A stretch of DNA of 64,000 bases, taken from NCBI GenBank assembly GCA_050949565.1, contig JBMNFY010000017.1, positions 1,248,001 to 1,312,000 of the forward strand. The letters run 5' to 3'. Source of the stretch: Kiritimatiellia bacterium (GTDB taxonomy: Bacteria; Verrucomicrobiota; Kiritimatiellia; RFP12; UBA1067). Within the stretch, counting starts at the first letter, position 1; every line of letters begins with the position of its first letter. The translations under genes and the position numbers were made by a program. This document shows positions 20,775 to 31,953 of the stretch, in pieces. Under the pieces are notes generated by a model. That model searched no databases, was not told the DNA's origin, and saw only the letters and a list, made by a program, of their open reading frames with translations.

Positions 20775-21647
20775 TTACGAACCTCTTCCGAACAGCCCGC
20801 TGCGCCACTCGCCGAACAGCAGGCTGTCAACCTCAACTAGTCCCTGCGCCTCGTAAGCGGCGCGCACGGCGGCGTACTGTTCGTCCAGGATGCCGGAGAC
20901 CACCAAACGCGCGCCCGGCCCCGCAGTCAGCGAGGCGGCCACCTGCGGCGCGAACTGGATCAGCACCGGCGCGAGGATATTCGCCACAACGATATCGGCT
21001 GGCGGATGCGCGTGCGAGAGGTCGTCCAGCGCGAAGGGGATCGACACACCGTTCAATTCTGCGTTTTCCGCCGACACGCGCATGCAGTCGGGATCATTGT
21101 CAAAGCCGCGCACGTCAGTGAAGCCCAGCAGCTTCGCGCCGATCGCCAAAATGCCGGAGCCGCACCCCATATCGAGCACGGAGCGCTGAATGTCCTCTTC
21201 AGCCAACCGATCCAAGAAGCGGAGACAGGCCTGCGTGGTGGCGTGTTTGCCGGTGCCGAAGCTCAAACCGGGGTCAAGCGTGATCACGCACTCGCCGGGC
21301 TGCGCCGTGTACGGTTCCCACGAAGGACGCACCACCACACGAGGGGAGATTTTCTCGACGTGGAAAAAGCGTTTCCAACTCTCGGCCCAATCGGTCTGCG
21401 CGACGGCCGTGACCGTCGGTTCGACCGTCACGCCGAGCAGCGCGGCAGCGGCGAGCAACGCAGCCTGCGTGCGCGCCACGCCGTCCGGTTCATCCGGAAA
21501 GAGCGAGACACGGCAGACGCCGCTTTCCACATCGTACCACGAGGTCGGCGTAAAGCCATCGTTGCCGATGATCTCAAACAGCGCGTCCGCCGTCTCGGGC
21601 GGCAGCGTGGCGGTGACGCAGGGAACGGAAGCGGCAGAGTCGGTCAT
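20775..21647 (-). CDS. prmA: Ribosomal protein L11 methyltransferase
   Basis: DWAESWK, LDPGLSFGTGKHATT, LDMGCGSGILAI, VVANILA. Confidence 0.95.
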   Translation of the reverse strand: MTDSAASVPCVTATLPPETADALFEIIGNDGFTPTSWYDVESGVCRVSLFPDEPDGVARTQAALLAAAALLGVTVEPTVTAVAQTDWAESWKRFFHVEKISPRVVVRPSWEPYTAQPGECVITLDPGLSFGTGKHATTQACLRFLDRLAEEDIQRSVLDMGCGSGILAIGAKLLGFTDVRGFDNDPDCMRVSAENAELNGVSIPFALDDLSHAHPPADIVVANILAPVLIQFAPQVAASLTAGPGARLVVSGILDEQYAAVRAAYEAQGLVEVDSLLFGEWRSGLFGRGS

Positions 21648-21664
21648 GTCCAGGCACCCCTGTC

Positions 21665-22542
21665 TTAGCGCAACTCAATCTGCGACAGGTAGTCCAGGCT
21701 TTTCGGCAACTGCTCCAGCACCGTCGGGCTTTCGTCTTCGATGAAGTAGTACTTGATGCCGATCTCTTGGCAGACCTTCAGAATCGCGGGGTAGTCCGCT
21801 TGGCCGGTACCGAGCACGACATCGTTCGTCAGGTCGGTCCCACCGCTGAGGTTGCCAACGACGCCCTTCTTCAAATCCTTGAGGTGCATCAAGACCCAAC
21901 GGTCGGGATATTTCTTGAGCAGCTTTACTGGGTCTTGACCGGGGAAGACTGTCCAGAGCACGTCCATCTCGAATTTGACGAGATCAGGATCGGTCTTCTC
22001 CATCAACAGGTCGAACAGCGTCCCGTCCTTGTATGGATAGAACTCAAAGCCGTGGTTGTGGTAAAAGAACTGGATGCCCGCCGCCTTGAGCCGCTTACCG
22101 ATCTCGTTGAATTCGGCGGCGATCTTCAAGGTCTGCGCTTCGTCGAGCGGCTTCTTGTGCGAGGCCCAGGCGACACCAAGATACTTCAGACCGAAAAAGC
22201 GTGCGGCGGCGATCGCCTCATCCGTCTTGTTGAGCAGGAAGCCTTGCCCGGCATGTGCGGCGATCGGGATCAGACCGCGCTCGTCCAGCGCCTGCTTCAT
22301 CTGCTCCTGCGTCAGACCGTAGTGGCTCTCAATGCCGATCTCGACATACTTGACGTTCAGGTCTTTGAGCACATCAAGCGCCTTCGCCCCGTCCTGCTTG
22401 AGCTGATTGCGCAGCGAATAGATTTGGACACCGACAGGCCCCTTGAAAGGTTGCGCTGGTACCGACGCCTTGGGCGGAAGCCGCGACAGAGAAGGAGTGC
22501 CGCCGTAACGGAAACAAGTAGGTTTTTCGAACTTTTCATCAT
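21665..22542 (-). CDS. Exported sugar-phosphate isomerase/epimerase (xylose isomerase-like TIM barrel); frameshifted in the 5' region
   Basis: GVQIYSLR, YHNHGFEF, FEMDVLW, MHLKD, FIEDE; signal MMKSSKNLL, VAASAQGVGTSAT and FKGPVG fall in three frames at ~22445-22490. Confidence 0.8.
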
Positions 22543-22556
22543 GTCGTCCTTTTTGT

Positions 22557-24134
22557 TTACACCACCGTGCAGAGGGTGTAGTGGGCGTTGACTTCGGTCT
22601 TGATCGCTTCGAGCATATCCTGCGAAATCGGTTGGTTGAGCTTGATGATCGCCAGCGAGCGGTGGGTCTTGGCGTTGTGCGGATTGCGCATGTCCTCGAT
22701 GTTGATGTGCGCGTCGGCCAGCTTGCGGCTGATCGCAGCGATCACGCCCGGCCGGTCGTCGTACAGGCAGAAGAGGGTGGCGCCGCTCGGCTCGAAGTAG
22801 AGGCGGTCGAACTCGTCGATGCGCGAAACCGTCTGCACGCCTTCGGTGACCGTGCCGCGCACGCTGAAACTCTTGAGACTCTTGCCGGACTTTTCGACTT
22901 TGAGATCGATCGTAATGGCGTTGCCGTAGCCCTTTTCGGGATCGGCTTCGCGGTCGATCAACTCGATGCCCATATCCTTGAGGAATTTGGTCGCGGCTTT
23001 ATAGTCGTTGTAGCGGTCGAACTCGCTCCAGATGCCGGCGAGGATCGAGACGGTCAGCCATTTGCCGAAGGGCGCGAGATCGCCGTAGAAGCTAGTCTCG
23101 ATCATCTTGATCGGCGCTTGGGTGCCGGACATCTGCCGCACGAGGCTGGCGAGGTTGAAGGCCAGCTCGCAGTAGGCGCGTTCGAGACCCTCGGGGATAT
23201 CGCGATTGACGATGCAGCTCATATCGGCCTTTTCGTCGAGGTCGATCAGCTCTTGCGCCGCGCGCTTCGCCGCCGTGAAGTTGGCCTCATGGGTGTTGGC
23301 ACCGAGGTGCGGCAGCATCAGGTCGGCGATGTCGGCCATGCTCTTGGGGCCGGCCTCGTCCTTGGGATAGACGTCGTTCAGATAACGCAGTCCCTTCTCG
23401 GCCTTGACCGCACGTAGCGCATCTTCGTCGACGATACCAAAGCGGGCGCAGTTGATAATCGTGGCGCCCTGCTTCATGAGACCGATCAGCTTAGTGCCGA
23501 CCAGACCGCGCGTGCTCTCGCCGCCCGGGACGTGGAGCGTGACGTAATCACTCTGGCTGAAAATCTCCTCCAGCGTGGCGGACTCGATGCCGAGATCGCG
23601 CAGGCGGTCGCGGTTGACCAACGGGTCGTAGCCGAGGATGCGGCACTCGAAGCCCCTGAGGCGTTTGGCGACCAGACGGCCGATATTGCCGAGACCGACG
23701 ATGCCCACGGTCTTGCCGGAGATCTCACGGCCCATGTAGTTCTTCTTCTCCCAGCCACCGGCGCGCGTCGTAGTGTCGGCCTGCACGATGTGGCGCGCAT
23801 CGGCCAGCATCATGGCGATGACCTCTTCGGCGACGCCGTTGGCGTTTGCGCCGGGCGTGTTCATCACGTCCACGCCTTTTTTGCGGGCGTGCTTGATGTC
23901 GATCGTGTCATACCCCGCACCGGCGCGCACGATTACCTTGAGCTGCGGGAGCGCGTCGATGATCGCGGCAGGCACCTTTTCACTACGCACGATCAGGGCG
24001 TAGGTATCGGGATGTGTCTTGATTTGCTCCTCAAGGGGCGTCTTCGCGTCTTGCACCACGTTGTAGCCGCCGTGTGCGTTCAGGATCTCGGCGGCTACGG
24101 CATCCAGCTTGGTCGGAATCAAAACTTTTTTCAT
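22557..24134 (-). CDS. serA: D-3-phosphoglycerate dehydrogenase with ACT domain
   Basis: RAGAGYDTID, GIVGLGNIG, INCAR, PHLGANT, DRPGVIA. Confidence 0.85.
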   Translation of the reverse strand: MKKVLIPTKLDAVAAEILNAHGGYNVVQDAKTPLEEQIKTHPDTYALIVRSEKVPAAIIDALPQLKVIVRAGAGYDTIDIKHARKKGVDVMNTPGANANGVAEEVIAMMLADARHIVQADTTTRAGGWEKKNYMGREISGKTVGIVGLGNIGRLVAKRLRGFECRILGYDPLVNRDRLRDLGIESATLEEIFSQSDYVTLHVPGGESTRGLVGTKLIGLMKQGATIINCARFGIVDEDALRAVKAEKGLRYLNDVYPKDEAGPKSMADIADLMLPHLGANTHEANFTAAKRAAQELIDLDEKADMSCIVNRDIPEGLERAYCELAFNLASLVRQMSGTQAPIKMIETSFYGDLAPFGKWLTVSILAGIWSEFDRYNDYKAATKFLKDMGIELIDREADPEKGYGNAITIDLKVEKSGKSLKSFSVRGTVTEGVQTVSRIDEFDRLYFEPSGATLFCLYDDRPGVIAAISRKLADAHINIEDMRNPHNAKTHRSLAIIKLNQPISQDMLEAIKTEVNAHYTLCTVV

Positions 24135-24315
24135 GCTTCTCCAGTCTCTCGGGGTTTGGTACGCTTAAAAGTGAATCGGGCTGATTCAGGCGTGGCGACA
24201 CCTCGCCTGTCGCCAGCCAAAAAAGAGGGTACTACTTTAATCCTGTTGCGGACGGGAATCAAGCTCCGTCGCAGCCATGAACGGACCCGGCGGCACAGGG
24301 CGGAATGGAAGAGGC

Positions 24316-25344
24316 ATGAAGAGACAGGTTACAACCATCGGCTTCGCGGTGCTCATCGCGGTGGCGACTGTCACGGCAGCTTGGGCGCAGGTCAGCCGTC
24401 ACGGCAGGACGCACGGCTACGCCACCGACCACTTCGAAGGGTTTGACGCGCTCGATGAGGACTCGCGTATCCCGCAGAAGAAAAAATCGTTCTGGTATTC
24501 GGTGGACGCCGAAACACCAGCCGCCCAGATGCAGATCGCGGAGAAAAAAGAGGCGCTGGGACGCAACCGTTCCGCGCGCAAAGCCTATGAGGCGCTGATC
24601 CGCGAGTGGCCCACCGCTCCGGAGGCGGCACAGGCCCAATACGCGCTGGCGCAACTTCTGGAACGCCAGGGGAAGTACGAAAAAGCCTTTGATGAATACC
24701 AGTATCTGATCACCCACTACGCTGGCCATTGCCCATACCAAGAAGTGCTCGACCGCCAGTTCCGCATCGCCAATTACCTGCTGCATAACAATACCAGTAT
24801 GTTCGGGTGGACTCTGAGCGGCAGCGACACGATCCGCGAACGCTTCGAGCAGATTGTGCGCAATGCCCCGCGCGGCGCTCAGGCACCGGAGATCATGCTG
24901 GTCATCGGCAGCATCCGGGTCTCCGAAAAAGAACTGCCGGAGGCGATCGCCGTCTACGAAGGGCTCCTCAACCGCTTTCCGCAGACTTCCCAAGCGACCG
25001 ACGCCGCCTATCTTGCAGCACAGTGCCGCCATGAACTCGCCGTCAAGCACAGCTACAACGAGCCGCGCTGCCGCGAAGCGATCGCCTTCATCAAATCCGC
25101 GCTCGTCCGTATACCGAACCACCCCCAGAAGGTGCAGATGACGACGTGGCTGAATGAGCTGACCGCCTTGCTGATTGAGCAGAACTACCAGCAGGCGGTT
25201 TTCTACGACACCAAGCAGCGCAATGCCGAGGCCGCCAAGGCCGCCTACCGCCGCTTTCTTACTGAGTTCTCTGACTCCCATTATGCCGCGCAGGTCCGCG
25301 AGCGCCTTATGCAGCTCGAAAAGGGCGCGGCTCCGTTGCGTTAA
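24316..25344 (+). CDS. TPR protein, BamD/YfiO-like
   Basis: Signal peptide, TPR repeats, directly upstream of an LptE-like gene. Confidence 0.7.
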   Translation: MKRQVTTIGFAVLIAVATVTAAWAQVSRHGRTHGYATDHFEGFDALDEDSRIPQKKKSFWYSVDAETPAAQMQIAEKKEALGRNRSARKAYEALIREWPTAPEAAQAQYALAQLLERQGKYEKAFDEYQYLITHYAGHCPYQEVLDRQFRIANYLLHNNTSMFGWTLSGSDTIRERFEQIVRNAPRGAQAPEIMLVIGSIRVSEKELPEAIAVYEGLLNRFPQTSQATDAAYLAAQCRHELAVKHSYNEPRCREAIAFIKSALVRIPNHPQKVQMTTWLNELTALLIEQNYQQAVFYDTKQRNAEAAKAAYRRFLTEFSDSHYAAQVRERLMQLEKGAAPLR

Positions 25345-25359
25345 CCATTGGAGGTCACT

Positions 25360-25902
25360 ATGTTCAATATGCAAAAAACGCGGGTTGCTGGCCGTTTGGC
25401 CCTCTGTCCACTCTTCCTTTTCCTGACCGCAAGTTGCGCCTCGTACCGGATCGGCTCGGCTGTTCCCCAAGAGCTACGCACGATCGCGGTGCCGGTCTTC
25501 GAAAACGCCTCGGGATTCCCCGAGATCGATGCCACCGTCACCCAGTATGTGCTGCGTGAATTCCAGCGCGAGGGCACCTTCAAAATCGCCTCGATGGATG
25601 ATGCCTCGGTCAAGTTGCTCGGCAAACTGATCAGGGCCGACCTGCAATCGCTCAACTACGACCGCGGCTACGGCGCACGCACCTCGGAGTACCGCTATAC
25701 GCTTGTAGCCGAGATCACGCTCGTCGAGCGCGGTACCGGCAAGTTGCTGATCGATGGCGAGCGGATCAAGGCCAACACCACCTTCCTCACGCACGGCGAC
25801 ATGCTGACGGGCATGCAGGACGCCGGTCCGCGTATCGCCAAGGAGCTGTCCCGCTCCATTGTCGATGCCGTGCTCGCCTACTGGGCGCCCCCCCGCGAAT
25901 GA
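25360..25902 (+). CDS. LptE-family LPS assembly lipoprotein
   Basis: Lipobox LTASC; YRIGS..IAVPVFEN; EYRYTLVAEITL. Confidence 0.8.
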   Translation: MFNMQKTRVAGRLALCPLFLFLTASCASYRIGSAVPQELRTIAVPVFENASGFPEIDATVTQYVLREFQREGTFKIASMDDASVKLLGKLIRADLQSLNYDRGYGARTSEYRYTLVAEITLVERGTGKLLIDGERIKANTTFLTHGDMLTGMQDAGPRIAKELSRSIVDAVLAYWAPPRE

Positions 25903-27062
25903 AGTTGCATGACACAGCCCGTGTCGAGCGCGCCGTTCTGGTTCAGGTCGTGCATGCCCGCATGGACGCGCTGGAAGCTGCCGACTCCCTCCTCGAATTG
26001 GGACGTCTCGCCGACACCGCCGGGCTGGAAGTCGCAGGCCAGTTGACCCAGAACCGCGACAAGCCCGACGGCGGCACCATGATCGGCTCGGGCAAAGTCG
26101 AAGACCTCAAGACGCTCATCGAAGAAACCGGCGCGAACACCGTAGTCGTCGACAACGAACTGAACGCCTTTCAAGCCTTCAATCTCGCCAAAGCACTGGG
26201 CGTACGCGTGATGGACCGCACCGAGGTGATCCTGGAAATCTTTGCGCGCCGCGCTCGTTCCGCCGAAGCGCAGCTCCAAGTCGAACTGGCGCAAACCCAG
26301 TTCTTGCTCTCGCGCATCCCGGTCACCGAATCGCAGCAGCGCTTCGCCGGCGGCGGTGGTGGCGCCTACGTGCGCGGCCCCGGTGAAAGCCACCTAAGCC
26401 TGCGCAATGAACCACTGCGGCGGCGCATCGCCGAACTGCGCAAGCGACTGGCAACAATCCAAAAACGGCGGACCGTGCGCGACCGCACCAAGCGCGAGTG
26501 GCCCGTCGTCTGCCTCGTGGGTTACACCAACGCTGGCAAGTCAACGCTCCTCAACGCGCTCGCCGGTGCGGGTGCCTACGTGGACGACCGCCTCTTCGCC
26601 ACACTCGACACCAAGACGCGCAAGGTCTGGCTCGCGCCCAGCCGCGAAATCTTGCTGACCGACACCGTCGGCTTCATCCGCAACCTGCCGCACGGGCTGA
26701 TCGCCTCCTTCCGCTCCACCCTCAGCGTCGCGACCGAGGCCGACCTGCTGCTGGTCGTGGTCGACGCCGCCTACCCGCGCGTAGCCGACCACATCGACGT
26801 CTGCTTCCGCACCTTGCGCGAGATCGGCGCGGGCGACGTACCGCACCTGCTGGTGCTCAACAAATGCGACACCGAGGGCGCGGTTTCCGCCAAGGAAGCC
26901 GCCACTGCGACGTTGCCGCTCCTTGCCGGAGAGCACCCCCAGGCGCTGCCGGTCTCGGCCCTGACCGGTTACGGGCTCGACTTGCTTAAACAGGCCATCA
27001 TTCAGGAACTCCAATCATGCTCCACGTTGTGGCGACTCCCATCGGCAACCTCGCGGACCTGA
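25899..27062 (+). CDS. hflX: GTPase HflX
   Basis: [47 protein letters not shown]. Confidence 0.97.
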   Translation: MKLHDTARVERAVLVQVVHARMDALEAADSLLELGRLADTAGLEVAGQLTQNRDKPDGGTMIGSGKVEDLKTLIEETGANTVVVDNELNAFQAFNLAKALGVRVMDRTEVILEIFARRARSAEAQLQVELAQTQFLLSRIPVTESQQRFAGGGGGAYVRGPGESHLSLRNEPLRRRIAELRKRLATIQKRRTVRDRTKREWPVVCLVGYTNAGKSTLLNALAGAGAYVDDRLFATLDTKTRKVWLAPSREILLTDTVGFIRNLPHGLIASFRSTLSVATEADLLLVVVDAAYPRVADHIDVCFRTLREIGAGDVPHLLVLNKCDTEGAVSAKEAATATLPLLAGEHPQALPVSALTGYGLDLLKQAIIQELQSCSTLWRLPSATSRT

Positions 27063-27709
27063 GCCCGCGTGCGCTGGAGGCGTTGAAGAGCGCCGACCTC
27101 ATCGCGTGTGAAGACACGCGGCGCACGTGGGCGCTGCTCAGCGCCTTCGACATCCCGCGGCCGGAGATGATCTCATACCGGCAAGGCAACGAAGATCGCG
27201 TCGCCGAGCGCATCTTGCAGGCGGTCGCCGCCGGCCGCAACGTCGCGCTCTGCTCCGACGGCGGCTACCCCGGCATCAGCGATCCCGGCTACCGGCTCAT
27301 CCGGCGTGCCGTGCAGGAAAAGGTGCCGTTCAGCGTGTTGCCCGGCGCCTCCGCCGTGGACCTCGCACTACTCTTGTCCGGACTCTCCACATCGAGCTAC
27401 ACCTTCAAGGGATTCCCGCCGCGAAAGCCCGGCGCGTTGCGCCGTTTCTTCGAAGAGGAGAAAACGCTGCCGCACACACTCATCTGTTTCGAGTCGCCGT
27501 TTCGCGTGGGTGCCGCACTCAAGGCGGCGCATGAGGTGCTGGGCGACCGCGAAGCCGCCGTCTGCATCGAACTGACCAAAGTGCACGAGCGCGTACATCG
27601 CGGCTACCTCACCGAGTTGATCCCGCTCTTCGACGACAAGCCGATCAAAGGCGAAGTCACCCTCGTCATCGCAGGCGCCAACCCCAAATTCGCACGCGAT
27701 GCGGACTGA
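27017..27709 (+). CDS. rsmI: 16S rRNA (cytidine1402-2'-O)-methyltransferase
   Basis: [40 protein letters not shown]. Confidence 0.95.
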   Translation: MLHVVATPIGNLADLSPRALEALKSADLIACEDTRRTWALLSAFDIPRPEMISYRQGNEDRVAERILQAVAAGRNVALCSDGGYPGISDPGYRLIRRAVQEKVPFSVLPGASAVDLALLLSGLSTSSYTFKGFPPRKPGALRRFFEEEKTLPHTLICFESPFRVGAALKAAHEVLGDREAAVCIELTKVHERVHRGYLTELIPLFDDKPIKGEVTLVIAGANPKFARDAD

Positions 27710-27755
27710 GCGTTCGTCAGCCCCTACGCCAGCACGTTTTAGTGACCGAAACAAC

Positions 27756-29914
27756 ATGATGAACCATCTAAAATCAATTGTTGCGGGCACAGTCATCGTT
27801 TTCCGCTTAAGGGGGCAAACCGCAACACGGGCACAACGCACGTCAAGGCCGGCACGCTCGCATTGAAACGCGACTTCGCCCGTCCCGGCCTCGCCGCGAT
27901 CTGGAGCTTCGAAGATGCGGCCGATATGGGCGTGGAACGGCGGGATGTGGCTCCGCTGCGAATGACGAACGAACTCACCTGCGCGACGGAAGACACGCTG
28001 GAACTCGTGCCCGGCGTCGTCGGCCAGGCCATCCGCTTCAAAGGCGGCACGACGACTGCACTCAAGATGACAGGTACGATCCTAAGCACGCCTATCGCTA
28101 CAGACGGAAAATTACCAGCGGGCAACGAACCCTTAACGATCAGTTTCTGGCTGCGGCCGGACATCGCCGGGTGCGGCGCCTATCCTAACTTCCTCCGGTT
28201 CTGGGACGGCAACTGGACCGGCCTTAACGGCATCTGGTTCCGCACGCCGAGCGACACGTTCCAGAGCCTCGTGATGAGCACGGAGCATGGGTGGAACGTC
28301 AAACAGACGAACGACCCCAGTCGGGCCGTGGTGGTTGACTTCGGTTCGAACGCCTATCTCGGCGACGGCGACTGGCACCATGTGGTGGGCACCTATGCCG
28401 ATCAGGTCATCACGCTCTACGTCGACGGCGTGTCGCGCGGCAGCAACAACCTCGGGGCGGATATGAATATCCCCGCAGCCTCCCAGTTCCGGGTCGGGAA
28501 CTTTTCGAGCACCGATGCCAACCATAAGTTCGCGGGCGACATCGACGAAATCCAGATTTTGCACGGTGCGTGGACAGCCGAGGAGGTAGCGGCGGAGTAT
28601 GCGGCAAAGCGCCCGGCTGCCGATGCGTCGCTGCCGGCCCCGATCGCGCGGTGGACCTTCGACGAGTTGGTCGATGAGGGCGGCATGAAGCTCTTCAAGG
28701 ATGCGGGACCAAACGGATGGGACCTCGTCAATACGCCATCGAACGGCGTGTACGTCGCCAACCCGGCGATGACTTATCCCGAAGATTTCGGCGGACGGTA
28801 TGCGGCGCTTCCGGCAACGGCGGGCCCCTACCTGCGGCTCAAGAGCGGCGTGACGATGACCGATGCCCTGCCGCAGGGCTCCTCCTTCACGGTATCTGCG
28901 CGGGTGCGTTATCCTGTGAGCGGCGTGGTGCTCATCTTCGGCGACGGCACAGAGGCGGGATCATACCGTCTCGGCTACTCCGGCTGCCCGCGTAACATTG
29001 TCGCCTATGTGGGCGCAAACACCTGCAAGCTATACGAGACCTCCATGTACGGCATCGGCGGCTCTACGACGGACGCCGCCTGGCAGCTTGTCACGGCGAC
29101 CTACAATGCCCAAGCCAAAATCGTGCGCACGTTCTTGGACGGTGTGCCGATGAACGAAGTGACGGGTCAAACAGTCACGATCAATCCGACGGACCTCGTG
29201 TTCGGCGTAAAGACACTCCCCGTCCCCGGACCGACCACCTACAGTGGTTTCACCCATGCGAGTATCGATGAACTGCGTATCTACGACCGCGCACTCGAAG
29301 CGGATGAGGTGAGCCGCCTCGCGCGTACATTCCGCTACGGTGACGGCACGACGGTCGATGATCAGGTGCTTTCGCCGGATTCGCCGGTGGTCGTGGATGC
29401 GGGCGCGACGCTCGAAGCCACGGATGGCGACCATGTGGCGATGTCCGTCTCGGGTGCGGGCGCGGTCAACATTTTGCTCACGGCCACCTTTGCGGCGGAT
29501 GACTGGAGCGGCTTCGCAGGAACGGTTTCGGGCGACGGTGCGCTCCTCGTGCGCAAGGGACAGACGGTTCCGCTCCCGATCGCGAGCGTGACCGCCGATG
29601 CAGGGTTCGAGGACAACACGGTGGTCCTTGACCGCGCGACTGCCGCGATACCGCGCGTGAGAGCCTCTGGACGAGTGCTCCTGCCCGATACGGGCACGCT
29701 GAAACTCGCCGATGCGTCAACACCTGGTGCTTGGTTCGGCAAGACCTTTGTAATCGCTGAGTGCGGATCGTATGAAGGGCCATCGGACACCACCGGGTGG
29801 ACCTTTGATCCTGCGGCCGAAGCGGGCAAGCCCATCCAAGGCGAGTTCAAGGTTATCGACGGCAGACTACTCCTCCAGACACAGGGCGGCGGCACCGCCA
29901 TCCTCATCCGGTAA
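27756..29914 (+). pseudogene. Two-LamG-domain exported protein whose 5' end is out of frame (probable internal deletion)
   Basis: LamG motifs DGDWHHVVGTY, GDIDEIQI, WQLVTATY, IDELRIYDRAL; leader MMNHLKSIVAGTVIVF not in frame with LKGANRNTGTTHVKAGTL; ends GGTAILIR. Confidence 0.6.
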
Positions 29915-30580
29915 GGGCGCCAGATAGCTTTCGCGCATCCGTTTGAGATAGCGCGTGCAGCGGCGGCGCACCTTGTGGCGCACGTATATGGGGATCAGCG
30001 ACAGCCCAGGTATCAGCGCCCGCCCCATCGGCTCGAAATCAACAATGCGCAAACGGAACTCATCCGGTCCCGTCCACTGCACCATGGTATTCGGAGGATC
30101 GTAAAAGCACACCGAATGCTCCGCCAGTTGATCGAACAATTTCGCCATTGCCCGGTATAGCCGTTCGCACAAAGCGCGATCCTCGGCCTCACGCATTTCT
30201 ACGGCCACCGGGCGGATGGCCGAACCGTCAGCATTTTCAATGAGGCTCTCAATCACGCCCCAACCGCGCTTGCGGGAAAAGACCATGCGCATCTGCTCCG
30301 GGAACGCCGCGAAAAGATCTGGGGGCAACCGCTTCCGCAACCGCGCATGGTAGCAGGCCTCATGATAGTTCACGTTGAACCAGAGACAGAAACGGGAGAA
30401 GAAAATACTGGTCCGCACACTGCGACGGGTCTTCTTGGTATACTCCGCCGGCGTCCGGTAAAACTTCACGCAAAACGGCTGCCCCGAAATCCTGAAACAG
30501 CAACGCCGACTCCCATCGCCGATCCGCTCCAGATGATCCTCGTCGATCGTTATGTCTGGCTCTAACACAAACTCACTCAT
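29867..30580 (-). CDS. YrbL-family (PhoP-regulated) kinase-like protein
   Basis: IGDGSRRCCF..CVKFY, GWGVIESLIENADGS, RLRIVDFE. Confidence 0.7.
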   Translation of the reverse strand: MSEFVLEPDITIDEDHLERIGDGSRRCCFRISGQPFCVKFYRTPAEYTKKTRRSVRTSIFFSRFCLWFNVNYHEACYHARLRKRLPPDLFAAFPEQMRMVFSRKRGWGVIESLIENADGSAIRPVAVEMREAEDRALCERLYRAMAKLFDQLAEHSVCFYDPPNTMVQWTGPDEFRLRIVDFEPMGRALIPGLSLIPIYVRHKVRRRCTRYLKRMRESYLAPLPDEDGGAAALCLEE

Positions 30581-30605
30581 AACCGCACAGTATCACTCGC
30601 GCTGT

Positions 30606-31898
30606 TCAAGCAAGCGACCACGGGCCACGCATCGCGCGCGTCAGCAGGCGGTTGGCCATGTCGTCGCCGTCAAAGCGTTCCTTGACCGGATCCCACTTCA
30701 GCTTGCGCTGGAGTTGCATTACGATGTTGCCGATGTTACAGAGGTTGTTGGTCTTGTGTCCGATCGCTAGATCTGAAACCGGACGCTCGCGTGTCTTGAC
30801 GCACTCGATCCAGTTGCCGAAGTGATCGCGGCTCTTGTAGAGACCAATCTCGTCATCGTCGATCTTCTCTTTGAGAATAGACTCTGGATTGGACTTCAGT
30901 TTACTGCGCGAAACATCCAGCGAGCCCTTGTCGCCGAAAAAGATGATGTTGCCGTCGGAAATGCCATCCGTGCGGGTGCGCATGCGCATGGTCACGCCGT
31001 TGGCGTAGGTATAGCGCACGTCCACGCGCGTGGGCGAAGTGAAGAGTCCGCTACTGGGATAGACGCCGTGACCGTCCACTTCGACCGGCCCGGACTCATC
31101 CATGCCCAGCGCCCACTGCGCGATGTCGAGATAGTGTGCGCCCCAATTGGTCGTCTGTCCGCCCGCGTAATCAAGGTTGAAGCGGAACTGGTAGTGGGTG
31201 CGCTGCGACGTGTACGGCGCATAGGGTGCGGGTCCCAACCAAAAATCGTAATCGAGTCCGGCGGGAACCGGTTCGGGCTTCCATGTCGCGCCGACATAGC
31301 GGTTGTTCGCGGGGATCAGCACGTCGATGTGCTTGATCGTACCGAGGCGTCCGTTGCGGATCAGTTCCGCCGCGCGGTGGAAGCCCTCGAACGAACGCTG
31401 CATCGTGCCGGTCTGCCCCACGCGCTTGTGCTTGCGTAGCTCTTCAACCAGCACCTGCCCCTCGCGGACGGTCAGCGTCAGTGGCTTCTCTACAAAGACA
31501 TCCTTACCGTTGCGGATCGCGTCGATCGCCGGAATCGCGTGCCAATGGTCCGGCGTAGCCACGGTGATCAGGTCCACGTCCTTGGAGCGTGTGACCTCGC
31601 GGAAATCGCCGATCATACGGCAGTCTTCGTTGCCATATTTTTTGTTGATGATCTGCGCCGCACGCTTCTGGTGGAAAGCATCGACATCAACCACGGCCAC
31701 AATCCGCACGGTCTTGCGGTCGACCAACTGCTTGATGTGCGAGAGCCCCATCCCGCCCACACCCACACACGCCACCGTCAACACCTTGGACGGAGCATCC
31801 TGCCCCAGCACCGAGGCCGGGATGATCGTCGGGAAAGCTGCGGCCGCCCCGGCCGCCACGCCTGCACACTTCACAAAATCACGTCTGGACACGTTCAT
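30606..31898 (-). CDS. Tat-exported Gfo/Idh/MocA oxidoreductase
   Basis: SRRDFVK, GVGGMG, ATPDHWH, VEKPLT, NWGAHYLDIAQW. Confidence 0.92.
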   Translation of the reverse strand: MNVSRRDFVKCAGVAAGAAAAFPTIIPASVLGQDAPSKVLTVACVGVGGMGLSHIKQLVDRKTVRIVAVVDVDAFHQKRAAQIINKKYGNEDCRMIGDFREVTRSKDVDLITVATPDHWHAIPAIDAIRNGKDVFVEKPLTLTVREGQVLVEELRKHKRVGQTGTMQRSFEGFHRAAELIRNGRLGTIKHIDVLIPANNRYVGATWKPEPVPAGLDYDFWLGPAPYAPYTSQRTHYQFRFNLDYAGGQTTNWGAHYLDIAQWALGMDESGPVEVDGHGVYPSSGLFTSPTRVDVRYTYANGVTMRMRTRTDGISDGNIIFFGDKGSLDVSRSKLKSNPESILKEKIDDDEIGLYKSRDHFGNWIECVKTRERPVSDLAIGHKTNNLCNIGNIVMQLQRKLKWDPVKERFDGDDMANRLLTRAMRGPWSLA

Positions 31899-31953
31899 GA
31901 AACTCTCCTCAGAAAACAGTTTGATGACTGAAACCTCAACGCCCGCACCGGCT

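Noticed and set aside
24259-25470. 403-aa minus-strand ORF
   Set aside because: Antisense shadow of the TPR/BamD-like gene
27017-27062. 46-nt hflX/rsmI overlap
   Set aside because: Both proteins look complete; a short tail overlap is unremarkable
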